Source: Lophium mytilinum
Lineage: Eukaryota
NCBI GenBank assembly: GCA_010093605.1
Contig: MU004183.1
Span: forward strand, 1,054,001 to 1,118,000
Direction: 5' to 3'
Length of the DNA stretch: 64,000 nt
Of this stretch, positions 1-13,900 are shown piece by piece; the stretch's first letter is position 1; every line of letters begins with the position of its first letter. The notes under the pieces are model-generated. The model was not told the origin of the DNA. It was given only the letters and a program-made list of their open reading frames with translations, and searched no databases. The translations under genes were made by a program, and so were the position numbers.

Positions 1-793
1 CTGCCCTCCACACGACTCGACCCGATACTGTCGATCTCGTCCATGAAGATGATGCTGGGCGCGTGTTCTCGGGCCATGACGAAGAGTTCTCGCACCATAC
101 GGCTTCCTTCACCGATGTATTTCTGTACGAGTTCGCTGCCGCTGACTCGGATGAACTTGCAGTCGGCGTGATGCGCCACTGCTCGAGCCAGCAGTGTCTT
201 TCCCGTTCCTGGAGGACCGTATAGCAGCACACCCTTTGGTTGCGCTATACCGAGCGATTCGAACAGCTCCGGATGTTGCAAGCCAAGCTCGATGACCTCC
301 TTGATTTCCTTGATCTGCTGGTCCAGACCTCCGATCATGTCGTATGTGCTGTCGGGCACCTTCTCCACCATCATCAACGATACGAGGGGATCGACGGAGG
401 ATGGTAGCATCTTCTCGAGCTTGTAGGAGTCGCTGAGCAGGGTGACTCGCTTGCCGACGGTGAGTTTGCTTATGTCCACGTTGTCGGATATGTCAACCAC
501 TGCGAAAACACTGTCAGAGCTGTCTCGGGCATCAAGAAAAGCAAGAAGAAAGACGCACCGTATTTTCCCTCGGGATGCACTTTCACCAGGACCTTCTTCG
601 TGCCCATCACCTTGACCACCTCACCAACGTACGAGCCAGGCTGCTGCAATAGGCCCAACTCCTCTCGTAGTAACCGCACGCGCGAGTTGTAATCGTTCCG
701 TTGGGCTTCCAGTCGGCGGAGTACAGCTTGGCCTTGGATGATCTCGAGCTTCATGCTCTCGATCTTGTTGTGGAAGAAGGTGTCGAGCGCCAT
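1..793 (-). CDS. RPT6: 26S proteasome AAA-ATPase regulatory subunit Rpt6/Sug1 (3' end runs off the window)
   Basis: ATG at 793 gives [19 protein letters not shown]...[35 protein letters not shown] intron at 500-558. Exon 2 encodes [30 protein letters not shown], Walker [56 protein letters not shown]. Confidence 0.96.
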
Positions 794-1499
794 GGTGGTG
801 GATGGCGGAGGGCGAAACGGGTTATATTTCGGGAGTGAGCGAGGTGGGAAGTATGGAACCGGTAGTAGAGAGGAAGCTAAAAGCGCAGGAGCCACAAGGC
901 AGAGCGCAGAGTGAAATTAGATGGTTCGAATGTCGTGGTGATGGCGGTGATGGCGATGCGTCTTGCTTGGTGTTGAGCGCGGTCCGCTCGAGCTGTTGAC
1001 GGCTATACTCCGGCTTCTTCCGTCATCCAGCCCTTGCTCTAACAGGCATAAAGCAGCTGCATCCACAACACCCCGTGGGGAATGCAGGCCTATGAGAGAA
1101 TATGTAGTAAATATGTTAGGTAGTAGGTGTACAAGTCTGCCCCGCCATCACGCGCTGTTTCCGCCGTGTGAATTCAGTGATTGTGCGATTATGCAGTCGC
1201 CAGCGCACGTGTCCACTTCCCGGGGAGCCGGCCGTGCACATGCTCCAACCTCCACGCCTGTTTCTAGGTGGTGATCATCCTCATCTGCCCAGACTGCTTC
1301 CCTCCGCAGAAAGTCCCCACATCGGACTTTTCGAGTGACGGCCTGCCTGATATGCCCTCATTCTCCTCTCCTCTGCCCCTCCCGCGCGGCTATTCCATGG
1401 TGTAGCCTTTACCACAGCAAACACCTTGATAAGCTCCCACGTAGCTAGCTAGCATCACAGCCAAGACACCAACAAGCTCACGCGCGTCTTTTCGGCACC

Positions 1500-4400
1500 A
1501 TGGTTGACGGCAACCGCCCCGGCACTGGTGGTGCAGAGGAAGCTTCGTCTTCAGATCCGGCAAAGAGGAGTTCTAGGAGGAGCTCTCAGTCTTCGAACGA
1601 TGGCAACACCGCCAGCTCGGGCGCACAATATTCCAACCTCACCTCGAGCGCAGACTCGATACGAAGGCGGCCGCAAGGTATACAGACGCAGCCCACAGGC
1701 TATGGTCAGACTCCTTCAGCCTTCCTTTTTCTCAGCGACTGACTCCATGACAGGTTCTATAACTTCCCCCATACATCGTCAGCGCGTCGCGTCTCCGGAA
1801 AGACAAGCGAAACCTAAGAAACCAGGCATGGGACGAAGGGCGACTTCGACACATATTCCTCATAAGGGCCAGGAGTTCTCAGTGGACGATGCCGAGTACG
1901 AAATTGTCGAAGACGATCCACCACTACAAAGGGCCGCGAAGAACCCTACGCTAAGAAGACAGCCATCCACACTGAGACGGAAGACAACCGCGCAACCTCC
2001 GCAACTTGCTACCGTGAATTCGCAAGATGGCGAGGATGCAGTTGAGCAAGTGCGATCAGGCGCCCCAACCGAGCCAGAGCTGAACCCAAGTTCATCTGGA
2101 GAGGAAGGGACCTTGATGGCTGATGAAGGGGAGGCCGAGGCTTTTGACGACGAAGGCGGAGATGACGACGGGGACGATGACGGAGACCTTAGCGATGCGG
2201 AGAGCTTCACACTCAAGGACCGACAAGAAGCCATAAACGTAACTCATCCCTTTGGCATACGCATATGGAAGCCTGCCCTCTACAAGAAAGACAGATCCGT
2301 GCAAAAGAATGCCGAGGGTGACATTCATTCTACCCCTGGACTGTTCGTCAGCAACTGGCTTTTCTTATTCAACATTGTCTGGACCATGCTTTTTGGCTGG
2401 TGGCTAGCCGTTGTCGCTGGTGTGGCATCGCTCGTCTGCTGCGTCTTTGGCTGTCTAGACCAAAGCTCCTGGGAATATTCAAAAGTTCTCTTCCATCTAG
2501 CGATATACTTCTTCTATCCTTTCGGTAAATACGTCAAGCTCATGCAAGACGAAGCTTACGCAGAAGAGGACGAAGGGGAAGGGAGAAGTATTAGCGAATA
2601 CGAGCAGTGGCAGAGTGGAGACATTGAAGAAGGTCGGCTGTTCTTTGGACCTCCTAGCAGATCTCTGGTCGGTCGCCGACGGAACAGCATTGATTCTGCT
2701 GATGAGACCACCAGTCTTCTCGGGAGGGCTGGGAGAGTTAGCGCTAGTCCTCAACGAACTGATACTGCAAAGGCCAAGAGACGCCTTTTTGGACGCGGAA
2801 AATGGAATTTTGGCAGAGTCGTGTTCTTCTTCTTATTCTACGGGCTGCTAACTCCTTCTCTGTTCTTCGTTTCTGGAATTTGTTGGCTCCTCGTTTTCAC
2901 CATCCCGATGGGCAAGGTCGCCCTTCTCCTCTTCGATCATCTCCGAAGACACCCCCTAGCTCTTTCGTTTCATTCAGACAGCGCGGACACCCGTCGACCA
3001 GGAGACCCGGCCTCTTCCATTCTACTCTGCACCTATCGCGCTGTAGGCTCGAAATACTGGAAGTATACTATCGATGGTACTAACATCTTCCTCATCAACC
3101 TACTGTCAATTGTCGCCTTCACAATCTTTGACTACTGGGTGCTCGACGTTGCACTTGGTCTCAAGATCGGGATCACAAACCAGTTCTTCGTGTTTGCCCT
3201 GGCCCTATTCTCCATCATTCCGCTTGCGTACTTCATCGGCCAAGCCGTTGCCTCAATCTCAGCCCAGTCTTCAATGGGTGTCGGTGCCACAATTAACGCT
3301 TTTTTCTCAACAGTGGTTGAAGTCTTCCTCTACTGTGTGGCGTTGAATAAAGGCAAAGCGCAGTTAGTTGAAGGGAGCATTATCGGCAGCATATTTGCTG
3401 GTATCCTCTTCCTGCCCGGTTTATCGATGTGTTTCGGAGCCTTGAAGCGGAAGACTCAGCGCTTCAACGTCAAGTCAGCCGGTGTAACTTCAACGATGCT
3501 GTTGTTCGCCGTAATCGGAGCCTTTGGTCCTACGCTGTTCTATCAGATCTATGGAAGCGTAAGTTCATGCATTCGACATACTTACAAAAGCTAATTGCCC
3601 TCTAGCACGAATTGAATTGCCATACATGCATCAAGCATGACTATGGAAATGAACAAGACTGTCGGCGATGCTATTACTCACAGGTCCCAGCTGTCCATGA
3701 CCGATTTTATATCGAAGCCGTGCGGCCATATATTTGGTTCGCAGCTGTGATGCTCTTCCTCTCCTATGTGATAGGCTTATTATTCACTCTAAGAACTCAC
3801 GCAGCCGTTATTTGGAGCAGTGAATTAGACGAGAAAAAGGCGGACAAGGCGGACATGGCTGCAAGCTATATGCACAGCAGTGGACAACTGGATGGCCCAG
3901 GCGTGCTTACTCGGCAAGCAACAAACACATCCATTGGTGGCGGCCTCGCTCGTTCTGATATTCGCGAAAGTCAACTCTACAAACGAATTTTAGGGCAATC
4001 GTTCAAGCAAGTCGGTCTTGGTCCAAATGGGGAGGTGCCCGAGGAAAGGCCACGTTCGATGAGAAGCAATGATGGCCAGACCCCACACGTCGTTCCTCCA
4101 AAGGATTCAGAGGACGACAGAGAGCACACTAGCCTCCACCTCGCCGGACTATCGGAAGAGCAAAATCACACCCTCGTGCTACACGTTGCTGAAATGGCCG
4201 CAACGGCAGCTGCAGTCGCAGCTCGAGACGCCACCAAGGCTCCTCGCAAGGCTGCCCACCTCGCTCATACATCCGCGAAACACGGTGGCAATAGGCCGCC
4301 TGTAACCAGGAGTGGAACTTTCGCTGAACAGGCAGAGGATACCCTGCCTGGACAAGGACAAGCTGCCGGGGGCCACGATGCTCCGAATTGGAGTCGGACG

Positions 4401-5136
4401 AAGAGTGCCGTTATCTTGCTCACTGCTACGCTGGCGTATGCGGTGATTGCAGAGATACTAGTCGGCACTGTGGATGCTGTGCTTGAAAACGTTGATATCG
4501 ATGAAAAGTTCCTCGGCATAACGCTTTTCGCTCTAGTTCCTAACACTACAGAGTTTTTGGTATGCTTAACCCGCTCAGATTATTATGAAGATGTGTGCTG
4601 ACCATGTGGCATTGAATAGAACGCCATATCTTTCGCCATGAACGGCAACATTGCCTTGTCTATGGAGATCGGTTCAGCGTATGCGCTGCAAGTCTGTCTA
4701 CTCCAGATTCCGTGCCTGGTATTGTACAGCGCGATACATGGTCGCTACATTGACCCCAACAAGATACTCAATCACACATTCAGTAAGATTTCCCCGTCGC
4801 TTCGCAAAAAACTACTATCCCAGATGTAATTTCCATCCAACTGTGCCATTCCTAACATTCTCTTCAGCGCTTCTCTTCCCGCAATGGGATATGGTAACCG
4901 TCATCCTCTGCGTATTCCTCCTATCGTACATGTACGGCGAAGGCAAGAGCAACTACTTCAAAGGCTCCATCCTCATCCTCTCATACCTCGTCGTCATTGT
5001 CGGCTTCTACTTCTCCAGCTTCAACGACTTTGAGCGTATGGGAGTGGATGCGTCGGATACTCTTGCCGTAGGGGGGCTGGTGCAGTCGATGTCTTTCAAG
5101 ACGATTGGGAGGCCGAGTAATGGCAGAGCGTATTGA
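1500..5136 (+). CDS. VNX1: Vacuolar cation/H+ exchanger of the CaCA family, Vnx1 type (N-terminal YccF-like membrane repeats)
   Basis: Spliced from ORFs 1500, 1504, 3612, 4638 and 4651. Probable introns: 1678-1753, ~3559-3606, ~4560-4619, ~4783-4868. Motifs: DRQEAINVTHPFGIRIWKPALYKK, alpha-1 repeat GATINAFFSTVVEV...GSIIGSI, alpha-2 repeat LVPNTTEF/NAISFAMNGNIALSMEIGSAYALQV, and GEGKSNYFKG. Confidence 0.9.
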
Positions 5137-5955
5137 AAAAACACTGGCGACGGGAGGAGGTGGATAATGGAACGGGATGTGCTTTTCAATAGAGGCTGCG
5201 TTGCTTTTTTCTGGGATTGGTGAGAGGTTCGATTCACTGCATACTTTACTCGTAGTTTCATATATCTTTTGTTGTGCATGGGGAAACAGGCATAGCGCGG
5301 CGTTTTTGGGGTTTTGCTCGGGGTTTTGAGAGTGGAACGAAGCGCCGTTGGTAGCGGTAAATAGGTGCACTTGTGAGTAGTTGCGAGGTAATACTGATAT
5401 GCACCTACTGCTTATATTACACGTCGTCTGATCAGACTTGTGAGTTCCTGTCTAGTGAGAAGTTACATCGAGGATCGATACCTAGCCTCACTGGAAGATA
5501 GCCTGGTTCTGTGAAATCAAGCACCATTACACCTCTCTCTTTACATCAGAGCTAGCCTCATCAACTGCCATCTCAGCCACTTCTCAACCGCCCGAACTGG
5601 CAGGCTGAAAGCTTTCAAGTTCGTAGGCGTTGTGATGGATAGCCCTGACTTGTTGCAAGTGTAGGATCGCCAACAGTCAATTGGACGGTGAATGCACGAA
5701 TATAACCGATGACTGTACGCAATAGGGCAAGCTAGGCTGTTCCAAATTTGAATGGAGACCTTGAAGAATGTGCTCTATGACATGAAGAAGTGAATGTTGT
5801 GGGAGTCCTACTCATCACGTGAATGAACCGTGCCACTTCAGCCACTCTCCGTTCTTAGCGTCACACATGCATTAAAGGCAGCGGCCAAACCCACGCATGT
5901 CCACAACCCAAAGCAGCACCTCAAAGACCACTTCCACACAAGGCACTCAGCCAAC

Positions 5956-8900
5956 ATGGAGGGTCTCCCAGCTGCCATGAGCAAGCTGCAACTCGCCGCT
6001 CAATCTCTTGACACAAAGGATTCTGCCTGGATCGATACAATCCTGGACGAGCAACGGCCTCGTAAACGATCAAGGAAAACCAAGGAAGAGGTGAAACAGA
6101 ATCTCGAGAAAGACTTCCTATCCCCGTCAACGTCATTCAACACACCATGGTTGAACGACTTGCAGCAACGGTGGGAGGTCTCCACAAATTACTCCGATTT
6201 GTTCGAAATCGCCCCAACACAGACGCGGACCATCATCCGCTTCACCCGTGAAGGTCTCGAGGGCCGAGTCACTGGGTATAAAGAGATCACCGTCCCGGCC
6301 AACTCAGCCACTGCGAAGAATTCTACTTCTCTTCTACGGAAGCCGGCCAATAGAGCTGATTTTGTCCGCGGCGCTGCGGGGTTCTTTCCGTTCGCTCCGG
6401 GAGGTTTAGATGGCGTGGAAGCTATAGCGGCGTTGGAAGATGAGGCTATCTTGCGTCAAGAAGGTGGGTTGGCGAGAAAGAGTGGAGGCCTTGACCGAGT
6501 GATCAACTTCGGAGTCGAAGGTGGCTTGCTCGAGATACCCCCGGGCTTTATGCGAGGTTTGGACTTCACGAAGAAGCTTTCTAGCGACCAGAAGGTAGCT
6601 CGAGAGGTGGAAGAAACTCTAGAAGAACAGTCAGCCCCAGCTCCAGAGACGGAAGAACCAGACGAGGATGAAACCGAAGCACTGGCCAGCGACGCTGAGA
6701 AGCCTGGCATTGTTGATGGTGCTGATGCAGATGCTGACGAGGAGATCGACTCCTTGCTTCCTGTTGAGTTCCCAGCTTTGGCTCCGCACGGAAGTCTCGC
6801 AATGGGTAGCGGCAAGAAAGGCGGAAGAGAATGGGCACATATGGTCGACATCAACCGGGAGATCACCAATTTCAAAGAACTAGTACCCGATATGGCAAGA
6901 GAGTGGCCGTTCGAGCTGGACACGTTCCAGAAGGAAGCCGTGTACCATCTCGAGAATGGCGACTCGGTCTTTGTAGCGGCACATACCTCTGCCGGCAAGA
7001 CTGTGGTAGCAGAATACGCAATCGCCCTAGCCGCGAAGCGAATGACCAAGGCTATCTACACTTCACCCATCAAAGCCTTGAGCAACCAGAAGTTCCGAGA
7101 CTTTCGGTTGATATTTGACGACGTTGGGATCCTTACCGGAGACATTCAGATCCGACCTGAAGCAAGCTGCTTGATCATGACGACCGAGATTCTTCGGAGT
7201 ATGCTCTATCGCGGTGCGGACTTGATTAGAGATGTCGAGTTCGTCATATTCGATGAAGTTCACTATGTCAATGATTTAGAGCGTGGCGTGGTGTGGGAGG
7301 AGGTCATTATCATGCTCCCTGAGCACGTCACACTGATTCTACTCTCCGCGACAGTCCCCAATACCTATGAATTTGCTTCATGGGTAGGCAGGACGAAGAA
7401 GAAGGACATATATGTTATCTCCACACCAAAACGACCAGTACCACTAGAGCACTATCTCTGGGCCAACAAAGCCATGCACAAAATTGTCACTGCGGATAAG
7501 AAATTCCTGGATGCGGGATGGAAAAATGCTAATGACGCTCTTTCTGGCAAGGACAAGATCAAAGCTCTGGCAGCAAAGGAAGAAGCAGCTCCCACACGTG
7601 GAGGTGGCAACCAACGAGGCGGTGGCAGAGGTCAGAATCAACGAGGAGGCGCCCAACGAGGTGGTGCGGGTAGAGGAGGGCCACAACAACGCGGACAAGG
7701 ACCTCCTGCTGCGCGTGGCCGTGGTAACATTGCTAGAACCGGTCGAGGCGGAGGCAGAACAACCGCTGCCCAAGACAGGAATATCTGGGTACATCTCATT
7801 CAGCATTTGCGCACTAACGAACTACTACCGGCCTGTATTTTTGTGTTCTCCAAGAAGCGCTGCGAAGAAAATGCCGACGCACTGTCGAATCTGGACTACT
7901 GCACAGCGGCAGAGAAGAGTGCTATACACATGACTATCGAGAAGTCACTTGCTCGACTCAAGCCGGAGGATAGAGTATTGCCTCAGATTAGACGTTTGAG
8001 GGAGTTACTGGCCAGAGGCATCGCAGTTCACCACGGTGGAATGCTGCCAATCGTCAAAGAAGTTGTAGAGATTCTTTTCGCCAAAACACTAGTCAAGGTC
8101 CTATTCGCTACGGAGACCTTTGCCATGGGCTTAAATCTTCCAACGAGGACGGTAGTCTTCTCTGGCTTCCGAAAGCACGACGGGCGCCAATTCCGAGACC
8201 TTCTGCCCGGTGAATATACACAGATGGCTGGGAGAGCTGGACGGAGAGGTCTTGATCCAGTCGGTTCGGTTATCATTGTCAGTCCCGGCGCAGAAGAAGC
8301 TCCGCCTGTGGCCAGGTTGAGATTAATGATCATGGGAGATCCAACAAAGCTGCGTTCACAGTTCAGGCTCACTTACAACATGATCCTGAATCTGCTTCGT
8401 GTCGAAGCTTTGAAGATCGAGGAGATGATAAAGCGAAGCTTCAGCGAGAATGCCACCCAGGCTCTATTACCTGAACACGAGAAGAAGGTCAAGCTTTCGG
8501 AAGCGGATTTGGCAAAGATCAAGCGCGAGCCCTGCGACATATGCGACGTCGACCTCGAACAGGTTCACCGGGCATGTATGAATTACCAGCGCCTAACAAC
8601 TGAACTGTATCTCTCTGCGCTGGGAAACCCAGTCGGACGAAAATGCTTCACTGCCAAACGACTAATGGTCTACAAAAAGGTATGTGACTCACCTGTGCAT
8701 TAACTAAGATTCATATTAATTGGCATAGGACGGAGTACGCACCGCTGGGATGCTCCTTCGTGAGGGAATCAACAACAGTAAAGAAGCCGAGCCTACCGTG
8801 CAAGTGCTGGAAATCAGCACCAACAGCAAACGACTACCTAGCGACCTACTCCCCTATCTCCCAAGCTTCGCTAAATACTTCAACTCCTTGCCCTCAAAAG

Positions 8901-9936
8901 AGTCCGACATGATACTCAAAGTAATCTACGTTCCTCTTAGCGACATTGAATGTATAACGCGAACCATCATTGACGTCCCTGAATCTGTTAAGAATCTCAA
9001 CAAGAGAAAAGAGGCGCTAGAACTCGCACGAAACCAGTTCATGCCGCTGTGCAAATCGTGGACATATCAGGACTGGGATGAGACCAATACTTGGGATCGG
9101 ATCAAGAACCTCCACTTCCGCGAGGCATCCGACGCGCGGAAGAGAGAAGGCGAGCTTGCACAGTCGGGCGTGTGTCTGACGTGTCCACACTTCCTCAAGC
9201 ATTTCGCTATGCAGCACGACGAATGGATCATACAAGAGAACATTGCGCAGCTACGACAGCTCATGTCAGATCAGAACCTGCAGCTGCTGCCTGACTACGA
9301 ACAGCGGATATCAGTCCTCAAAGACCTCGGCTTCATCGACTCAAACTCCAGGGTTGAGCTCAAAGGGAAAGTTGCTTGCGAGATCCATTCTGCGGATGAG
9401 CTTGTACTTACGGAACTGATTCTGGAGAACGTTCTGGCTCAATACGAGCCGGAAGAGATCGTGGCCTTGTTGTCAGCGTTTGTGTTCCAGGAGAAGACGG
9501 ATGTTGTGCCTACGCTGACGACGAGCTTGGAGAAGGGCAGAGACAAGATCGTCGAGATTGCGGAAAAAGTCAATCAGATGCAGACTTTCCACCAGGTGAT
9601 TCTGTCGGCGGACGACTCGAATGACTTCGTTAGCAAGCCGCGATTCGGCATGGTCGAGGTCGTCTACGAGTGGGCCAGGGGCATGTCATTCAACCGGATC
9701 ACGGATCTGACGGATGTCATGGAAGGCACCATCGTGCGAGTGATTACACGGCTCGACGAGACGTGTAGAGAGGTCAAGAACGCTGCGAGGATTATTGGAG
9801 ACCCCGTCCTGTTCTCGAAGATGCAGGAAGCGCAGCAGGCCATTAAGAGGTATGTTGATTCCATAAGCACGCTTGGTGAGACTCTCGCTAATTTTGCGGC
9901 AGGGACATTTGCAATTGCGCATCACTGTATCTGTAG
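5956..9936 (+). CDS. SKI2: Ski2 antiviral/exosome-cofactor DExH RNA helicase
   Basis: Motifs FELDTFQKEA, AHTSAGKT, SPIKALSNQK, DEVH, SAT, RG-rich insertion, HHGG, TETFAMGLN, QMAGRAGRRG, and a C-terminal DSHCT-like EGTIVRVITRLDETCRE. Introns at ~8680-8728 and ~9850-9902. Ends RDICNCASLYL-TAG at 9936. Confidence 0.96.
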
Positions 9937-10984
9937 AGGGTACGGCGGTGAGGATGGGTCCGCGTAGGGAACGGCGATCAAGCTAGGCCTCGACGGGAGT
10001 TCAGCATGGTGTCTCTGTTCGCTGATTGGGAGGGCGGAATCGGGCCTGAGATCGGACCGCTGGGTGAGCATGGAGGACAGGCTGCTATTGGCTTCGTGTG
10101 GGGGACGAGTACACTGTCTTACCTGGGGCGCGTTGTGTGGCTCTGCTACGGCTGCTTTGCTGCAAGGAGGACTGCGAGCCTTATCTCTGTCACGGTATGA
10201 GACGAAAAAGGACGGAGCATGTTGATAGAGTGGCCGTCCGGCTTGATAGTAGTATCCAGGTTCTCGAGTATAGTGTCGAGTATATGAGGCGCTAGAGCAT
10301 TGACAGCCAGAGTGCCAGACTGGGCATGTGGATACCCTCGGGTAATAAGCTGGGTGGCTCTCTTGATCTGGCTGGCACACTGCAGGGCCACAGGGCAATC
10401 GTGCATTTGAGAAACGTGAAAAGGCTATTCCACGTGTGACTAGACGGCCCTCCAGAATAACAGCCCCCGTTCGCATTTTTGGTCCTTTTTGTCCGCACTG
10501 AGCAGCATCCCTCGAGAAGAAGACTAATATCAACTAAAGCAACAGTCACGCGCGGGGATAGGCTCAGGGCCGCAGCATCCGTCTTACGAGATCGAGACAG
10601 TGCGCACAGGCTGCAGCTCGTCGAGGCAATTCACCGCCAGCTCGCAGCCCTGGCGTGCGCATTGGCCTCCGAGTGCATCTTGGCCGTCTGCGGTAGAGCG
10701 CACAAAAGCTAGCGCACACCCTCGCCCGCGGGACGGTCCTCCACCAGCTGCTGGGCAATCTGCAATAAGGCTGGCAGACACCAGAACGAAGCCCTCGCAG
10801 CCCATACCGACATTATTTCACTGCTGTCCCGCCCGCACCCCAGGACACCCTGTTCCTGCAGCGCCGCCTCTCGCCGCCCGCATCACCGCCTGCCGGCATC
10901 CCCTCCTCCTCCCCAACCTCGCTACCTGAACTCGCACCCAGATATCTTTTGGCCTTCGACTGAACACCACACTGGACGCACACG

Positions 10985-13900
10985 ATGGATGTGGCTGGCG
11001 TCCGAGACCGCATATCGGCTACGCTTGATCCCAACGCAGACATCAGACGTCAGGCCGAGCTTGACCTGAAATATGTGCGTGTCCAGCTCGCGGGCCCCCC
11101 ACATTGCTCCCCTCACTAATCTTGCCCAGGCCGAAGAACAGGTTGGCTTTACCGACGCCCTGCTGAACATTCTCGAGGCCGAGCAGGACCATGGAGTGCG
11201 CCTGTCGAGTGCGTGTAATGCCTCACTTATTCCCCGCACAGAGAAATTGACATTGCTGTAGCTGTCGTCTACCTCAAGAACCGCATCACCAAGGGATGGG
11301 CTCCGGCCGAGGACTACACCCAGGCCAAGCCCATACCTGACAGCGAAAAGCAGTCCTTCCGAAACCGCCTCGTGCCTATTCTCGTCGCATCGCCGCAGCA
11401 GGTTCGCGCTCAGCTGATCCCTACTCTCCAAAAAATCCTCTCCTACGACTTTCCGGATTCGTGGCCGGGCTTCCTCGATATCACTGTGGCGCTGCTCAAT
11501 GCGCCGGACGCGAGTACGGTATACGCGGGGGTGCAATGCTTGTTGGCTCTGTGTCGGATCTACCGGTTCAAGGCGGGCGAAAACAGGACACACTTTGACG
11601 AAATCGTGGCCGGGACTTTCCCGCAGCTGCTGAATATTGGCAACAAGCTTGTGGGGGAGGACAGTTTGGAGGCTGGGGAGATGCTACACACGCTCCTCAA
11701 GGTCTACAAGCATGCCATATATGTGCGTTTACCAGAGTGCACCCACAAGACATACATACTGACCATTTCCCAGTTCGACCTCCCCACTCCTCTGCGCGAA
11801 CAACAGGTTATGGTTGGCTGGTGTACTCTGTTCCTGACTATCGTCGGAAAAGAGCCGCCTCAGAGTTCCATGCCGGAGGATGTTGATGAGCGAGAAGCCA
11901 ATCATTGGTGGAAGTCGAAGAAATGGGCCTTCGCCAACCTGAACCGGCTATACGTGAGGTATGTTGAGATGGGACACGCTTGTATCGCCACAACTGCTAA
12001 TAGACCTTCTAGGTACGGCAACCCAGCGACGCTAGGAAAGAATAATGACGTCGACTACTCCGACGTCGCGAAGTATTTCATCAATACGTTTGCGCCGGAG
12101 ATCCTCAAGGGCTACCTGACGCAGGTCGAGAAGTGGGTCGCGAAGACCACTTGGCTGAGCAAAGCGTCCCTGTTCTACATCCTCAACTTCCTGGACGAGT
12201 GCATCAAGCCAAAGTCTATGTGGAATTTGCTTAAACCGCACACGGAGACCCTCATCTCACATCTCCTTTTCCCTGTGCTCTGCCAGTCGGATGAAGATAT
12301 TGAGCTTTTCGAGACCGAACCCCAAGAGTATCTCCACAGGAAGCTAAACTTCTACGAGGAGGTCACATCCCCTGATGTTGCTGCAACAAACTTCCTAGTC
12401 ACTCTTACAAAAAGCCGTCGGAAGCAAACCTTCACTGTCCTGAATTTCGTCAACGGTATCGTCAATGCCTATGAAACCGCCCCAGATGATCAGAAGGACC
12501 CACGACAAAAGGAGGGCGCACTCCGGATGATTGGAACACTTTCGGGCGTAATCCTGGGGAAGAAGAGCCCGATCGCAGACCAGGTCGAATACTTCTTTGT
12601 GCGACACGTCTTCCCCGAATTCCGGAGTCCTCACGGCTTTCTCCGAGCGCGTGCTTGTGATACCTTGGAGAAATTCGAACAGCTCGACTTCAAAGACCCA
12701 AACAACCTCATCATCATCTATCGGAACATTCTTGAGTCAATGGCCGATCCGGCTCTGCCTGTGCGAGTCGAAGCTGCACTCGCTTTACAACCTCTGATCC
12801 GCCACGAAATCATCCGAACTTCAATGCAACAAAACATTCCCCAGGTCATGCAGCAACTACTGAAACTCGCGAACGAGGTCGATGTCGATGCTCTGGCGAA
12901 CGTTATGGAAGACTTCGTCGAGGTTTTCGCTAACGAGCTCACTCCCTTCGCCGTTGCTCTGAGTGAACAGCTGCGAGATACCTACCTCCGCATCGTCCGG
13001 GAGTTACTAGAACGCAACCAGTCGAAGGATGAGGACGACAACTACGGGGACTTTTTGGATGATAAGAGCATAACCGCTTTGGGCGTTCTCCAAACCATTG
13101 GAACTCTAATCCTTACACTGGAGAGCACTCCGGACGTGCTTTTGCATTTGGAAACGATCCTCATGCCAGTCATTACTATCACTCTTGAGAACAAACTATA
13201 CGGTCCGTATCTCATACCGTATCAGCCACAATTACTAACGCGACATTAGATTTGTACAACGAAGTCTTCGAAATCATTGACAGCTGCACTTTTGCTGCCA
13301 AGAGCATTTCTCCTACCATGTGGCAGGCGTTTGAGCTTATTCATCGCACATTCAAAGCCGGCGCCGAGCTCTATCTAGAAGGTATAACCATTATATCGAA
13401 GATTGCCAACACATGCTGACATTTCGTAGATATGCTCCCGGCTTTAGAAAACTTTGTCAACTACGGCTCCGAGACCCTCATCCAAAACCGACCCTACCTG
13501 GACGCCATCATCGACATGGTCCGCACTATCTTCAAGGACGATAAGGTGAATGGCGTCGACAGGATATGCGGATGCAAGCTTGCTGAGATTATCATGCTGA
13601 ACATGCGCGGTCACGTTGACGAGTATGTTCCCGAGTTCATCCAGCTTGCCATGGTGGTCCTCACAAACGACGAGCCCAAGGTCAAATCTCTACGGATACA
13701 CCTCATGGAGGTGGTTGTCAACGGAATCTACTACAACCCCCAGCTCGCCCTTCATATGCTGGAGACCAACAACTGGACGAACAAGTTCTTCAGCCTTTGG
13801 TTCTCCAACATTGACAGCTTCACCCGCGTTCACGACAAAAAGCTCTCCATTTCTGCAATTTGCGCACTTCTTACATTGCGAGCCGAGCTTGTTCCTATCA

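Noticed and set aside
7597..7760. RGG-rich repeat inside SKI2
   Set aside because: It is a known low-complexity RG insertion of Ski2-family helicases, so it is not novel.
9922..10929. Overlapping 60-200 aa ORFs between SKI2 and NMD5
   Set aside because: They have no recognisable domains, and the region is better explained as the SKI2 3'UTR plus the GC-rich NMD5 promoter and leader.
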